A stretch of DNA of 64,000 nt from Andreprevotia chitinilytica DSM 18519 (GCF_000711875.1 NZ_JONM01000001.1:163934-227933), one strand, 5' to 3'. Positions 19,971 through 30,660 are shown, counted from the first letter of the stretch. The notes: a model not told the origin generated them from the letters alone. Translations and numbers: made by a program.

Positions 19971-20089
19971 GGGTGTTCCAATCCGATACAGAAATGCAAA
20001 GTCGCCGGTTAAGGCGACTTTGGCGTGGGTTCAATGCCCGTATTGTAAATGCGTTCCCCGAATCACCCCAAAATCAATGTACGAGGTTT

Positions 20090-20163
20090 TTGTGGGAGCG
20101 AGCTTGCTCGCGATAGCGACGGTTGATATAGGGTCATCGCGAGCCAGCTCACTCCTACAGAAA
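20090..20163. repeat. REP-like palindrome, family D (gtaggagcgagcttgctcgcgat ... atcgcgagc.agctc.ctcctac)
   Basis: copies also at 44985..45058, 57785..57860, half copies ~24788 and ~26650; resembles Pseudomonas-type REP. Confidence 0.65.
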
Positions 20164-20190
20164 ATCGTGGAATCGTCCGCGTTGAATGCA

Positions 20191-21396
20191 TCAAGACACC
20201 GTCCGCACCTGTCTGGCCACCCAGATCGCCAGCACGCCGAACACGCAGCTCAGCACGCCCACCCAGCCGAAGTTGAGCAGCTTGCCGCTGGCGTCTTGCG
20301 ACAGGATCAGCCCCGCTATCAGCGCAGCGGCACCGCCGGCAAAATTCTGGATCGCTGAATTGAACGCCATCAGCCGGCCGCGCATGCGCGATTCGGTGGC
20401 GCTCGTGACCAGCGCCGTCGCGGGGATGAAGCGGCCACTCACGAAGATGAAGAACAGCGATGAAATCACCAGTTGCCCGAGCAACGGGAACGGCAAGGTC
20501 AACGACACCAGCATGATCGGCACGAAGCTGGCCAACACCAGCCATGCCAACACATGCGCGCGCGGATGCTTGTCCGTCATGCCGCCGATCCACGGCCGGG
20601 TCAGCAGCGTCACCGCGCCACCCGCCAGATAGACATACATCAGGTCGTGCGGCGAGATGCCGACGTTGGCCACCAGCGATGGCGAGATATACGGAATGAT
20701 GGTGAAACCGGACAGCATCAGGCAGGCCGTGATCAGGCAAGCCCACCAGTGGTTTGGCACGGCCAGCAATTCGCGGTAGCTGGTGAACATGCTGACGGGC
20801 GGTCGCTTGGCTTGATCCACCAGATGGCCGCGCACGGCCGGCACCAAGCGCCACCCCACCAGCCAGATCAGCGCACATGATGCCGCCAGCACGCCAAACG
20901 GCCAGCGCCAGTTGGTGTGGCTGGCAATCAAGAGGCCCGCCGGCACGCCGAACACGGCCGATAGCGAGAAGCCCAGCATCACCCAGCTCATGGCCTGACC
21001 ACGCCGCTCGTTGGGTACCACATCCCCGACGATGGCAAAGCAGATCGACCCCAGCACGCCGCCAAACAAGCCGGCAATGCAGCGCCCCAGCAACAGCGTG
21101 TAAAAACTGCTGGCCGCCGCGCAGGCGAGCGTGGCGACGATCAGGCCTGCATAGCAAGCCAGCAAGGCATGGCGGCGATCGAAGCGGTCGGCCAGCGATG
21201 TCGCCAGCAGCGACGACACCCCCGCCGTCAATGAGTACGCCGACACCAGAATGCCGAACGTAGCGGGGGTGACGTGCATTTCCGCCATCAGGAACGGCGA
21301 CAGTGGCATCAGGATCATGAAGTCGACGATGGTGGTGAACATCACCAGCATCAGCACAATCAGCAGTGACTTTTCTTTTTCCGGGGAGAGAGACAT
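20191..21396 (-). CDS. MFS transporter
   Basis: ATG at 21396; 12-TM-like hydrophobic profile, DRFDRR loop motif. Confidence 0.8.
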   Translation of the reverse strand: MSLSPEKEKSLLIVLMLVMFTTIVDFMILMPLSPFLMAEMHVTPATFGILVSAYSLTAGVSSLLATSLADRFDRRHALLACYAGLIVATLACAAASSFYTLLLGRCIAGLFGGVLGSICFAIVGDVVPNERRGQAMSWVMLGFSLSAVFGVPAGLLIASHTNWRWPFGVLAASCALIWLVGWRLVPAVRGHLVDQAKRPPVSMFTSYRELLAVPNHWWACLITACLMLSGFTIIPYISPSLVANVGISPHDLMYVYLAGGAVTLLTRPWIGGMTDKHPRAHVLAWLVLASFVPIMLVSLTLPFPLLGQLVISSLFFIFVSGRFIPATALVTSATESRMRGRLMAFNSAIQNFAGGAAALIAGLILSQDASGKLLNFGWVGVLSCVFGVLAIWVARQVRTVS

Positions 21397-21604
21397 AGCA
21401 AGCGCTCGGGGCAGGGTAACTCAGTAGTGTACCGGAGCATTCTTTCTGGTATGTAACATTGTTGTGACTATTAGCGTAAACAAGATCGGGTGACTACTGC
21501 TGTCAACGTCAGATTTACCATTTTTCGCTGCATTGCTTCATGACAATGGATTAACTGCGCGTCGCATGATAACGGCATCAATCACGCTTTCGGAGGCACC
21601 CCAA

Positions 21605-22918
21605 ATGCTCTGGCTCGAATTTGCAGTTGTTCTTGCGGCGATCTTGATCGGCGCACGTTTGGGGGGGATCGGGCTCGGCGTGATGGGCGGCCTGGGGCTG
21701 GCGGTGCTGACCTTCGTCTTTGGCCTGCGCCCCGCATCGGCTCCCATCGACGTGATGCTGATGATCGTCGCCGTCATCACCGCCGCCGGGTGTCTGCAGG
21801 CCGCCGGCGGCATGGATTATCTGGTGCGCGTGGCGGAAAAACTGCTGCGCCGCCATCCCAAGCGGATCACCTGGTTCGCGCCGCTGATCACCTACACCTT
21901 CACCTTGTTTGCCGGCACCGGCCACGTGGCCTATTCGGTACTGCCGGTGATCGCCGAAGTCGCCCGCGAATCCGGCGTGCGGCCAGAGCGGCCGTTATCG
22001 ATCAGCGTGATCGCCTCGCAAGCCGGCATCACCGCCAGCCCGATTTCCGCCGCCACGGTGGCCTTGCTGGCGCTGCTGTCGCCCAGCGGCATCCATCTGG
22101 GCCAGATTCTGATGATCGCGATTCCCGCCACCCTGATCGGCACGCTGGCCGGTGCACTGGTCGCTTGCCGGCTCGGCGTCGAACTCGATCAGGATGCGAT
22201 TTACCAGCAGAAACTGGCCAATGGCGAGGTGCAAGTGCGCTCCGGCGCGGCCCGTCCTGACCTGCCCAAGAGCGCCAAGTATTCGGTATGGCTGTTTCTG
22301 GCAGCGGCGTTTTCGGTGGTGCTGCTCGGCTCGTTCCCATCGCTGCGCCCCACATGGCTGGTCGACGGCAAGATCGAGCAACTGGACATGGCCCCGGCCA
22401 TCAAGATCGTGATGCTGAGCGCCTCCGCACTGATCCTGCTGCTGAGCCGGGTCAACCCGGAGCAAGTGGTGAAGGGCAGCGTGTTCCGTGCCGGTGCGGC
22501 GGCGGTGATCGGCATCTTCGGCATTGCGTGGATGGGCGATACCTTCATCCAGAGCAATATGGCCTTCTTTGCCAATAACATTCAATCCGCCATCACCACT
22601 GCACCGTGGCTGTTCGCGCTGGCGCTGTTTGCCATGTCCATCTTGCTGTATTCCCAAGCCGCCACCATCCGCGCCCTGATGCCGCTGGGCATTGCGCTCG
22701 GCCTGCCGGTGCCGGCGCTGATCGCCATGTTCCCCAGCGTGAACGGCTACTTCTTCATCCCCAATTACCCGACGGTGATTGCCGCGATCAACTTCGACCA
22801 GACCGGCACCACGCGCATTGGTAAATGGCTGTTGAACCACAGCTTCATGCTGCCGGGGCTGGCGAGTTCGTTCTTTAGCGTGGCGAGCGGGTTTTTGCTG
22901 GTGAAGGTGTTGATGTAG
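21605..22918 (+). CDS. dcuA: anaerobic C4-dicarboxylate transporter DcuA/DcuB family
   Basis: ATG at 21605 (MLWLEFAVVLAAILIGARLGGIGLGV...) strongly resembles Dcu family N-terminus. Confidence 0.8.
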   Translation: MLWLEFAVVLAAILIGARLGGIGLGVMGGLGLAVLTFVFGLRPASAPIDVMLMIVAVITAAGCLQAAGGMDYLVRVAEKLLRRHPKRITWFAPLITYTFTLFAGTGHVAYSVLPVIAEVARESGVRPERPLSISVIASQAGITASPISAATVALLALLSPSGIHLGQILMIAIPATLIGTLAGALVACRLGVELDQDAIYQQKLANGEVQVRSGAARPDLPKSAKYSVWLFLAAAFSVVLLGSFPSLRPTWLVDGKIEQLDMAPAIKIVMLSASALILLLSRVNPEQVVKGSVFRAGAAAVIGIFGIAWMGDTFIQSNMAFFANNIQSAITTAPWLFALALFAMSILLYSQAATIRALMPLGIALGLPVPALIAMFPSVNGYFFIPNYPTVIAAINFDQTGTTRIGKWLLNHSFMLPGLASSFFSVASGFLLVKVLM

Positions 22919-22932
22919 GGATTTGCGATCAG

Positions 22933-22963
22933 GAAAAAGGCCACGCGGGTACGTGGCCTTTTG
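22933..22963 (+). terminator. rho-independent terminator
   Basis: aaaaaggccacgcgggtacgtggcctttt. Confidence 0.75.
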
Positions 22964-23099
22964 TAATACCTCAACCAGGTATCGTCGCTGCGCTCAATTT
23001 CTAATTGAATAGAAAGGAAGAAACGCATCCCGGTATTGGTTTGGACAATTAAGACTATTGGTTTGGGCAGTTAATATTGTTGGGATTCCGGGTGCATTC

Positions 23100-23933
23100 T
23101 CATTCGGGTTTGAATTGAAGGCCAACTGACTCCCCAACGATCGTTGCAAGGAATAAAGCAAATTCAGCCTTGGTCGCAGTTGCATCGATCACATTAATGC
23201 TCACGCCAACCAGCCCGCTGCCAAGTGCATTCGCGCTGCCGCTTAAGATGAGATGAACCGGATTATGGGCGATGGTGACATTGTGCGTGTTGAGGCCGGT
23301 GACGACGAGCTCGTTAAGGATCAGGCTTCCTGATACGGGAACCGTAACCGGGATGCCGGCCAGATTGATGCCCACGTTCAAGCCAGTTAAGGCAATGGTG
23401 TAATTCAACGGAATCGGTTGCGCAGGAATCGAGATTGGCGATCCGTTGACGGTAGTCGTGCCAAGGGTGGTTGCAGCAGTGCAATTGAGCGTCGAGGAGC
23501 CGCTGACCGCCGTGCATGTGACCTGGCCGGCAACATCCGTGCTTTGCACCAACCCTTGTACCAAGCTCAGGCCTGATTCGCCTGCCGTGCCAGTCAGGAT
23601 TGTTTTGTTTGCCACGCTGTTGTCGTACTTGGCATCGCCAAACGGCGCGGTTACCCCCGCGACATTGCTAAGGGCCGTTACGCCAACCGTAGTGGTATTG
23701 ACGGCTGAGTTTTTATTCTCGCCCGGTGCCGGTTCATCGGTCGGATTGGCGCAACCCAGGTCATCCAGATAATTCACCCCAGCGATGGTGATCGTCACGC
23801 TGCCTTTGATATTGCAGGTCTTGACGTCGGCCGAGACGATATCGGTATCCGTCGCCGCAGCGAATTGCGCGCACATCAACCCCCCACCCAGAATCAGCAG
23901 GCTGCTTGCGGCTTTTAGCATGGTTTGCTTCAT
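23100..23933 (-). CDS. secreted Thr/Gly/Val-rich protein (possible surface/adhesin-like), unknown
   Basis: ATG at 23933, signal peptide, low-complexity beta-rich. Confidence 0.5.
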   Translation of the reverse strand: MKQTMLKAASSLLILGGGLMCAQFAAATDTDIVSADVKTCNIKGSVTITIAGVNYLDDLGCANPTDEPAPGENKNSAVNTTTVGVTALSNVAGVTAPFGDAKYDNSVANKTILTGTAGESGLSLVQGLVQSTDVAGQVTCTAVSGSSTLNCTAATTLGTTTVNGSPISIPAQPIPLNYTIALTGLNVGINLAGIPVTVPVSGSLILNELVVTGLNTHNVTIAHNPVHLILSGSANALGSGLVGVSINVIDATATKAEFALFLATIVGESVGLQFKPE

Positions 23934-24439
23934 GATTCGATCTCCTGAAGTTGGCGCGGAACGTGCCGTCGGGTTGTGTGTCGTGATGGCACGTGCAGCG
24001 TGGCGCCGTCCGCTGCGAGTGGTGCACGGCCTCGGGGATCTGAGGGGATGAGCACCTCGGAATGGTATACGCCGTTACTTTCTAAAAATGAAATTAAATT
24101 TGTGTATTTTGTTGATAAATTTATTTATTTGTTTGTAAGAATTTGAAGCATAAGCCTATAGGCTTGCCGGCTGTGGTTTGCGGTGGGAGCAGTTAGTTCA
24201 AGCGAAACATTCGGCGACACGAACCCGCCGTTCGCCCTTCGAGCCTGGGGATACTCAACGTTGAAAGCCCGCTTCGGCGGGTTTTTGCATGGCGTTGCAT
24301 ACCCGGTGAATGAGCAGTGCAGGATCGGTGTTTGTCCTGCATGAATGTTGGTGATTGGACGACAGAGCAGGCCCTGTTTGAGGCGGAAACTGCAAAGCGG
24401 ATGTTTGTTGTTCAACCTATCACTCATCAGGAATTCACC

Positions 24440-24736
24440 ATGAACAAGATCCTCTCCGTATTGTTGGCAACGGGCCTCGCCATAGGCGCGAGCGCGGTGT
24501 ATGCCGCTGGTAGTCCAAATGGTGCATCGGGTAGTGCCGCGGGTGGCGCGGGTAATTTCGGGCTGCCCTATCTGATTACCCCGTTCGATACGCACCAAGC
24601 CAGGAAGGGTGGGGCGGCGTTGGATACGTCGACCCGTTTCAACGCAGCCAAGCAAGTCGACGATATGCAGCAACCCAAGGCCACGACCGATATCGTGCCT
24701 GCGCAGCCTGCACCGCAGCTGGATGACATGCAGTGA
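24440..24736 (+). CDS. small secreted protein
   Basis: ATG 24440, signal peptide MNKILSVLLATGLAIGASAVYA; terminator follows. Confidence 0.5.
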   Translation: MNKILSVLLATGLAIGASAVYAAGSPNGASGSAAGGAGNFGLPYLITPFDTHQARKGGAALDTSTRFNAAKQVDDMQQPKATTDIVPAQPAPQLDDMQ

Positions 24737-24754
24737 TGTGCGCCAGTTGAAGAA

Positions 24755-24785
24755 AAAGCCCGCTTCGGCGGGCTTTTTCGTGGGT
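24755..24785 (+). terminator. rho-independent terminator
   Basis: aaaaagcccgcttcggcgggcttttt. Confidence 0.8.
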
Positions 24786-24787
24786 GG

Positions 24788-24880
24788 TTGATATTCGTAG
24801 GAGCGAGCTTGCAAAGGAAGCTGCATGTTGCATGACCCTCTCCCCCGGCCCCTCTCCCACAAGTGGGCGAGGGGAGTCGT
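24788..24880. repeat. REP cluster (family D half-copy + family A copy)
   Basis: tcgtaggagcgagcttgc ... accctctcccccggcccctctcccacaagtgggcgaggggag. Confidence 0.55.
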
Positions 24881-24899
24881 TTTGCTGACGCCGAATCCG

Positions 24900-26495
24900 T
24901 TAGAAGCCAAGATCCGACAAGAACGCCTTGGTAAAGCCCAGCCGGCCTGCCTGACCATAGGAATTGCAGGTCGGTGACGCAGAGCCGGGTGCGCAATCGT
25001 TGTCGCGATCGAGCGACCAGATGTGGACGCCGGCCAGTCCGTTCTGTTTGGCAAAATTCGACACCGTCGCCACATCGGCCAAGGTGAACGTCTCGCCTGC
25101 CGAATCGTTGCCACCGATCATCGGTGTCACTTCGATCTGGCTATAAGGGACGCCGTACTGATTGTGCAGATCGATGACCGCCTGATTCGCCGACGAGCCC
25201 ATCTGGCATTGGCCGCTGCTGTCCGTGATGCAGTTACCACCGCCAGGGCTGCCGTAATCCATCGCCATCAGGTTGATGTAGTAATTCTTCAGGCCATAGG
25301 TCTGGATCGCGTTCATCACCTCGACCCCAAAAGTCCCGAGGCTCGGGCTGACGTTGCCGCCCAGCGTTGCGACGGTAAAGCTGAAGCGCAGGTTCGGATG
25401 ATTCTGCTGCGCCACAATCACGCGTTGCACCAGGTTGTTGATATCGGCTTGGCTCTGACCCGCTTCGATATCGAAATCGATACCGACGAGGTTGGCTGAG
25501 TTGTAGGTGTTGATGAAGGTCGCAAAATTCGCGTCACTGGTACAAGTGAACGAACCGGCCGCGCCGCCCGTCGAGATGATGTACTTCTTGCCGGCCTGTA
25601 CCCAGGCATTGACGTTTGCCGCGGCAATGGATGCGCCCAAGAGGCCACCCCAGTTCTCGCTACCGCAGCTGCCCGTTGCAAATGCCCAGGTCAGCGTGCT
25701 GTCGTTGCCAGGCATGGCGGACACCGCCGATTGCGTGGTTCCGGTCACGTTCGTAGTGATCACGTTCGTGTTCCAGTTCAGATTGATCGTGACATCCTTG
25801 TACGGACTGAACAGCAAACCACTCGGTGTCGGCGTTGGTGTTGGTTGGGAGCCGGACGACTGGACGGGCAGGCCGGGCACATAGCAGTGTTTGGCGTTGC
25901 CCGGGCTGGGGTCGCCAAAGGTGCCGTTATTGCAGGCTGCGCCGTCGGTCAGGCTCTTGGTGGTATAGCTGCCGTTGGCGCCATACAAGACGATCTGCGT
26001 GCCCGAAAAACTGCATTGTCCGTTCTCGGCACTGCACTGGGTCCAGGTGGTTGGCGCGGCATCGCAATGCTTGGCAATACCCGGATCGGGGTCGCCGAAC
26101 ACGGAGTTGTTACAGCCTTCGCCACCGGTGACGACGTTCGCGTTGTAAGTGGTGCCTGCGCCATATCGGACCGTTTCGGTATCCGAAAAACTGCAAGTCC
26201 CGTTTTCGCTGGCGCATGAATTCCAGCTATTGCTGACCTCGCAATGCTTGGCGACACCCGGCACCGGATCACCAAAGGCCGCGTTGTTGCAGGATGCGCC
26301 CCATGCCAGCGTTTGCGTGACGAAGGTCGTCCCCGCGCCATAGCGGACGGTCTGCGTGCCGGTGAAAATGCAATTTCCGTTTTCCGCGGCGCAGTAACTC
26401 CAATCGCCGGTGGTCGCGCTCAGCGCTGCCGAGGCGGTCAGCAGCGAACCGCCGCTCAAGAGGAGAATCGTTAAGTTCCTGATCATTCTTTTCAT
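24900..26495 (-). CDS. GH18 chitinase with three N-terminal Cys-rich ~45-aa repeat modules
   Basis: ATG at 26495 (MKRMIRN, signal peptide); GIDFDIE DxDxE catalytic motif; triple repeat C.AENG.C.F.GTQ.V.YGA.G...CNN..FGDP.PG.AKHC. Confidence 0.8.
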   Translation of the reverse strand: MKRMIRNLTILLLSGGSLLTASAALSATTGDWSYCAAENGNCIFTGTQTVRYGAGTTFVTQTLAWGASCNNAAFGDPVPGVAKHCEVSNSWNSCASENGTCSFSDTETVRYGAGTTYNANVVTGGEGCNNSVFGDPDPGIAKHCDAAPTTWTQCSAENGQCSFSGTQIVLYGANGSYTTKSLTDGAACNNGTFGDPSPGNAKHCYVPGLPVQSSGSQPTPTPTPSGLLFSPYKDVTINLNWNTNVITTNVTGTTQSAVSAMPGNDSTLTWAFATGSCGSENWGGLLGASIAAANVNAWVQAGKKYIISTGGAAGSFTCTSDANFATFINTYNSANLVGIDFDIEAGQSQADINNLVQRVIVAQQNHPNLRFSFTVATLGGNVSPSLGTFGVEVMNAIQTYGLKNYYINLMAMDYGSPGGGNCITDSSGQCQMGSSANQAVIDLHNQYGVPYSQIEVTPMIGGNDSAGETFTLADVATVSNFAKQNGLAGVHIWSLDRDNDCAPGSASPTCNSYGQAGRLGFTKAFLSDLGF

Positions 26496-26649
26496 TACTT
26501 CCTCCAGTAGTTCTGTTTGTTCAACACGAAGATGTGTCGTTCGCTTTTTGAAAGCGCTTTCAATCCTAGGAAAAGAAGATTCGCTTAACAATTCATGCGC
26601 TCAGAAAACCGACGGAAGGATGGAAGTGCATATCGCGATGTCTCCGCCC

Positions 26650-26812
26650 AACCTGGGCGAGCTTGCTCGCGATTGCAGCGCTTGAATCACAGCTATCGCT
26701 TGCGCAGACCCGTAGCCCGGACGGCTTGCCGGCCGGGGTTGGTGCAGCGCATCCATGCCGGATGCAACTTGCCCGCATTGCTACCCCGGCCGGCAAGCCG
26801 TCCGGGCTACGA
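26650..26812. repeat. REP cluster (family D half-copy + family C hairpin)
   Basis: gcgagcttgctcgcgat ; cgtagcccggacggcttgccggccgggg...ccccggccggcaagccgtccgggctacg. Confidence 0.6.
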
Positions 26813-27105
26813 GCTAACACGCCGAGCTTGCGGCCTTGACCGGGTCGAAGCGGCTGCGGAATACTTCGTCTCGTTGCGCGGTCGCGCAATCAGGATTGGC
26901 GTCCTGGATTAAGTACAGGCAGACAGCCGCTGCCCAGCGGCATTTTCATGTCTGCAACACCCGTGGTGCGTCTTCAATGGCGAGCCTGGGTGGGGGCATC
27001 TTCGGATGCACCGGTTCCCTGTACGCCGGCACGCCAACCCTGCCCAGTGCTTGCCACCTCCGATTGGCGTTGGAATGGTGAGCCATAACCTGTACAGGAG
27101 ACGCT

Positions 27106-27402
27106 ATGTCTAATCCGCAAGGCACCCCAGCACCACCCCCACGTCCTATCCCTCGTTTCGCCCGCGCTTCACCGACGCGAACCGGCCACACTTACGACGA
27201 GATCGCCCAATATGGCATGGATAGCGTGGCCGAATTAGGCCGGCTGTTCCAGATCGTGGCCGCCTTGGTCGAACCGGCATCCGCTGCGTATCAACTTGCG
27301 CAGTCGGGGATTGCGGTTGCATCAGAGCGGCGGGCGGCGATTGACTTCGCCCGCGGGTCTGCGAAGGATTTGAAGGAATTCAGGGAGCGGGACAAGAAGT
27401 AA
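27106..27402 (+). CDS. hypothetical small protein
   Basis: ATG at 27106 preceded by GGAG; 98 aa. Confidence 0.4.
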   Translation: MSNPQGTPAPPPRPIPRFARASPTRTGHTYDEIAQYGMDSVAELGRLFQIVAALVEPASAAYQLAQSGIAVASERRAAIDFARGSAKDLKEFRERDKK

Positions 27403-27467
27403 TGGGTTTTAGAGCCTGTTCAAAGTCTCGCAAACTGCCAACTTGAAGCGCTGCAGGGTTTTACCTC

Positions 27468-27565
27468 CCCCTTTTCGAAGGGGGATTGAGGGGGATTTCG
27501 ACGTCGGTAGATGTTGAGATGGCGCAGAAATCCCCCCTAGCCCCCCTTCAAAAAGGGGGGATGGC
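27468..27565. repeat. REP/MITE-like element, family B (ccccctt..gaaggggg ; gggggatttc...gaaatccccc)
   Basis: paired copy at 51703..51830. Confidence 0.6.
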
Positions 27566-27665
27566 AGCGTGACCCGTTGCCACAAAAAGACTTTGAACAA
27601 GCTCACGGATAGCAAAAAGCCAGCACTTGGATGGGTGCTGGCTTTTTTACGCGTACCGCGCCGGA

Positions 27666-28871
27666 CTACAACAACGCAATCGACCCCGGTCTGGCCCCCG
27701 GAAACACCTTGTCCAACTGGCTGCCATTCAAGCCGTAATACCGCTGGAACACGCTGCCGAACAGGCCGCGATATTCATTGAGCACCGGGAAATCGCGGTT
27801 CTGGAACAAGGTCGCCTCCGACACGCGCATCTGCTCGCCCAGCACCCTGCCGCCACGCACCGCACCGCCCAGCGCCCAATACACGCTGCCGTGGCCGTGG
27901 TCGGTGCCTTTGTTGCCGTTCTCGCGGAAGGTGCGGCCGAATTCGGAGACGACGATGACGACGGTGTTCTTCCACACCGGCTGCATTTCCTGCGCAAAGG
28001 CATTCAAGCCACGGCCGAGATTGCCGAGCGCATTGGCGAGCTGGCCGGTCGCGCCGCCTTCATAGATATGGGTATCCCAGCCGCCGACATCGACAAAGCC
28101 GATCTTGTATTGCTCGCGCATCAGCTTGCCCATGCGCCGCGCCTCTTGCTCGAAGCCATTGGCCGAGACCGCGCCGCGATTGGCCGCCTGCATTTCGTCG
28201 GCGAACATCTTGGCGACACCTTGGCGCATCTGCAGCCCTTCCTGCACGCGCTCTTCCAGCGTCTGGCCGCGATAGAGGCTGACCAGCAATTGCGACTGAC
28301 GCTCGTCGAACGGGGCCTTGCTCACGTCCCGCAGCGACAGATTGGGGATTGCTGCGCCGCCCGTGGCGATGGTCGGCAGGTTGCCGGTGAAGGTGATGGC
28401 GGGCGGGCCGCCGAGCACTTGCACCAGCCGGCCGATGAAGCCGCTGCGATCCGCCTGGCCGGCATCGTCCGGCAGGCCCAGCTCGATGCGGTCCTGGGTT
28501 TCGAAGTGGCTGCGGGTGAGGTCGTTGGTGCCGGCGAAAGGCACGAAGGCCAGCTCGCCGCGTTGCCAGAACGGGTAGAGCGAATCCTTCAGCGCCGGGT
28601 GCAAGGCCCAGTCGCTATCCAGCGGCAAGGCCGCGTTGACGTTGGCGGCGTCCGGCCGGGCAATGGCGATGCTGGGGCGCAGGCGGTAGTAGTCGTCGCT
28701 GGTGTAGGGCACCAGCAGGTTGGCGGCGTCGTAACCACCGCGCAGGAAGACGACCAGCACGCGGGGCACCTCGGCGGGCACGGCCCAGAGCTGCGATGAC
28801 CACGACATGGCCAGCGTACCGGCGCCGAGCGCGGCGGATTGCAGGAAACGGCGGCGGGATAGATCAGTCAT
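27666..28871 (-). CDS. DUF1501 domain protein (Tat-signal, sulfatase-like fold)
   Basis: MTDLSRRRFLQSAALGAG Tat motif; classic DUF1800/DUF1501 pair partner. Confidence 0.75.
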   Translation of the reverse strand: MTDLSRRRFLQSAALGAGTLAMSWSSQLWAVPAEVPRVLVVFLRGGYDAANLLVPYTSDDYYRLRPSIAIARPDAANVNAALPLDSDWALHPALKDSLYPFWQRGELAFVPFAGTNDLTRSHFETQDRIELGLPDDAGQADRSGFIGRLVQVLGGPPAITFTGNLPTIATGGAAIPNLSLRDVSKAPFDERQSQLLVSLYRGQTLEERVQEGLQMRQGVAKMFADEMQAANRGAVSANGFEQEARRMGKLMREQYKIGFVDVGGWDTHIYEGGATGQLANALGNLGRGLNAFAQEMQPVWKNTVVIVVSEFGRTFRENGNKGTDHGHGSVYWALGGAVRGGRVLGEQMRVSEATLFQNRDFPVLNEYRGLFGSVFQRYYGLNGSQLDKVFPGARPGSIALL

Positions 28872-30384
28872 TCATCATCTCCGGTGAGGCCAGATACAAG
28901 AGATTCCACTCCTGCGCGCTGTTGGCGCGGTCGAGCGTTTCCCGCGTGGCGGGGCTCAGGGTGGGTTCCAGCAGGCTGTAGTAAATCGGGCGCTGGATCA
29001 GCGGGAAGCCGATGATGCCCACGCCATTCATGCCCATCGGGGTGCTGCCATCCGGGTCGAACAGGCCGGCGTTGTTGCTGCCGATGGCGCGGGCGATTTC
29101 AAAGCGTTTCACCAGTTGGCCGGAGCCGTTCCACGCTGCCGAGGTCAGGCCGTAGCCATCCGGGCTCAGGCGGCCGTAGAGCGGCTCGCCCAGCTGATTC
29201 AGCCAGTTGAACACCGGCCGCAGATTGCTCACCGGTTTGCCGTCGTAGGCGAGCCGCATGGCGGCGACGGTGTAGCGGAACGGATCGCGCAGATTGGGCG
29301 TGGGGCTGTGGCTGGCGGGCGATTCGAATAGCGTGCGCACCACGGCGGCGATGTCGCCATCGCTGCGCTGGAAGGTCTTCGCCATCTTCTCGACCAGTGC
29401 ATCGGGCGGGTTGTCGCCGAGGAAGTAGGTGGCGAGCTTGCGGCTGACAAAGCGGGCGGTGGCGGGCTGTTTGCAGATCAGGTCGACTGCTTGTTCGACT
29501 TCGGCAAAACCGCTGCCCTTGATGGTGGCGCCGAGCAGTTGTTTGTCGCCGAAATCATGCCGCTGCGGGTTGAATTCGAACGCGCCATTGCGGATCACGT
29601 ATTGCTGCAGCTCGGCTTTCACCTTCACCGTCGGGTTGTTGTAGTTCACGCCCACGCCGGTGAGGATGCGCGCCAGTTCCTGCACATCTTGTTGCGTATA
29701 GCCGCTGCCGACGCCGAGGGTATGCAGCTCCATCAGCTCGCGGGCGTAGTTCTCGTTGATGTGGCCGGCTGCGTTTTGCGTGTTGTCGAGGTAAGCCAGC
29801 ATCGCCGGGTGCTTGAGGGTGGCGAGCACCAGATCGCGGAAGTGACCGAGCGCATACGGGCGCACGGCTTTTTCTTCGTAATCGGGAATGGTCAGCCGCA
29901 GATTGGCTTTGTAAGCGTAGACGCTGAAGTGATTCATCCAGAACCAGGTGAGCTTTTCCTGCAGCTGGTTCGGGGAGTAGATGGCTCGCCACAGGTGGCG
30001 GCGCATCGCGTCTTGCATGGCCTGATTGGTGAAATCGCCTTCCGCTTTGCTGAGTTGCTTCTTGTCTTCTTCCGTCGTGGCGGCGTTGACCTGCCGCTTC
30101 ATGTCTTCGTCTTGGGCGACGAATTCGGGGATGGTTTTCTGGGTGATGGGCAGGGCTTCGATGCGCGCCTGAATGTCGATGGGCATGTCGCCCTTGGCGC
30201 GCAGCTGCTCATCCAGAAAGGCCCGGTCACCCAGTTGTTTGTCGCGGGCGACGAGGTCGCTGGTCACGCCGAACGACAGACGATTGAGCCAGTGTAGATC
30301 GGGTTGTTTCTCTGCGGCATAGGTCATGCAGGAAAGCAGGAGCAGGGCGCAGGTGGCAGTGCGGTAACGCAGCCGATGGGGCAT
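28864..30384 (-). CDS. DUF1800 domain protein
   Basis: ATG at 30384; overlaps downstream DUF1501 gene by 8 nt. Confidence 0.7.
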   Translation of the reverse strand: MPHRLRYRTATCALLLLSCMTYAAEKQPDLHWLNRLSFGVTSDLVARDKQLGDRAFLDEQLRAKGDMPIDIQARIEALPITQKTIPEFVAQDEDMKRQVNAATTEEDKKQLSKAEGDFTNQAMQDAMRRHLWRAIYSPNQLQEKLTWFWMNHFSVYAYKANLRLTIPDYEEKAVRPYALGHFRDLVLATLKHPAMLAYLDNTQNAAGHINENYARELMELHTLGVGSGYTQQDVQELARILTGVGVNYNNPTVKVKAELQQYVIRNGAFEFNPQRHDFGDKQLLGATIKGSGFAEVEQAVDLICKQPATARFVSRKLATYFLGDNPPDALVEKMAKTFQRSDGDIAAVVRTLFESPASHSPTPNLRDPFRYTVAAMRLAYDGKPVSNLRPVFNWLNQLGEPLYGRLSPDGYGLTSAAWNGSGQLVKRFEIARAIGSNNAGLFDPDGSTPMGMNGVGIIGFPLIQRPIYYSLLEPTLSPATRETLDRANSAQEWNLLYLASPEMMND

Positions 30385-30495
30385 GGCGTCCTCCGGTCAA
30401 GGTTGGGGGCGGCAACTGAATAATGATCCACCGGGCGCTTGCGAGGACAACGGCATGTTGTTGATGGGTAACGGATTGTCTTGGTGTGCATCATG

Positions 30496-30660
30496 TAGCC
30501 CGGACGCTTTGCGGCCGGGGGGCTGCGGTATCTGGTGCCACCCCGGCCGGCGAAGCCGTCCGGGCTACGTGTTGTGGCATGCGAACCAGTCGTAGGGCTT
30601 TCCGCCGTACACGGTAACCGGCGGAACACCCTTTGCAGGGTGATCCGCCCTACGAAGTTT
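30496..30660. repeat. REP cluster (family C hairpin + family E cgtagggcg/gcgccctacg palindrome)
   Basis: tagcccggacgctttgcggccgggg..ccccggccggcgaagccgtccgggctacg ; cgtagggctttccgccgtacacggtaaccggcggaacaccctttgcagggtgatccgccctacg. Confidence 0.55.

Noticed and set aside
20063-21157. Alternative minus-strand ORF overlapping the MFS transporter gene in another frame
   Set aside because: Arg/Gly/Ala-rich low-complexity translation; the 20191..21396 frame gives a coherent 12-TM transporter with ATG start.
24255-24290. Second terminator-like hairpin (gaaagcccgcttcggcgggtttttgc) upstream of gene 24440
   Set aside because: Real hairpin, but no gene ends nearby on either strand, so it is more likely another small palindromic repeat or a remnant; left uncalled.
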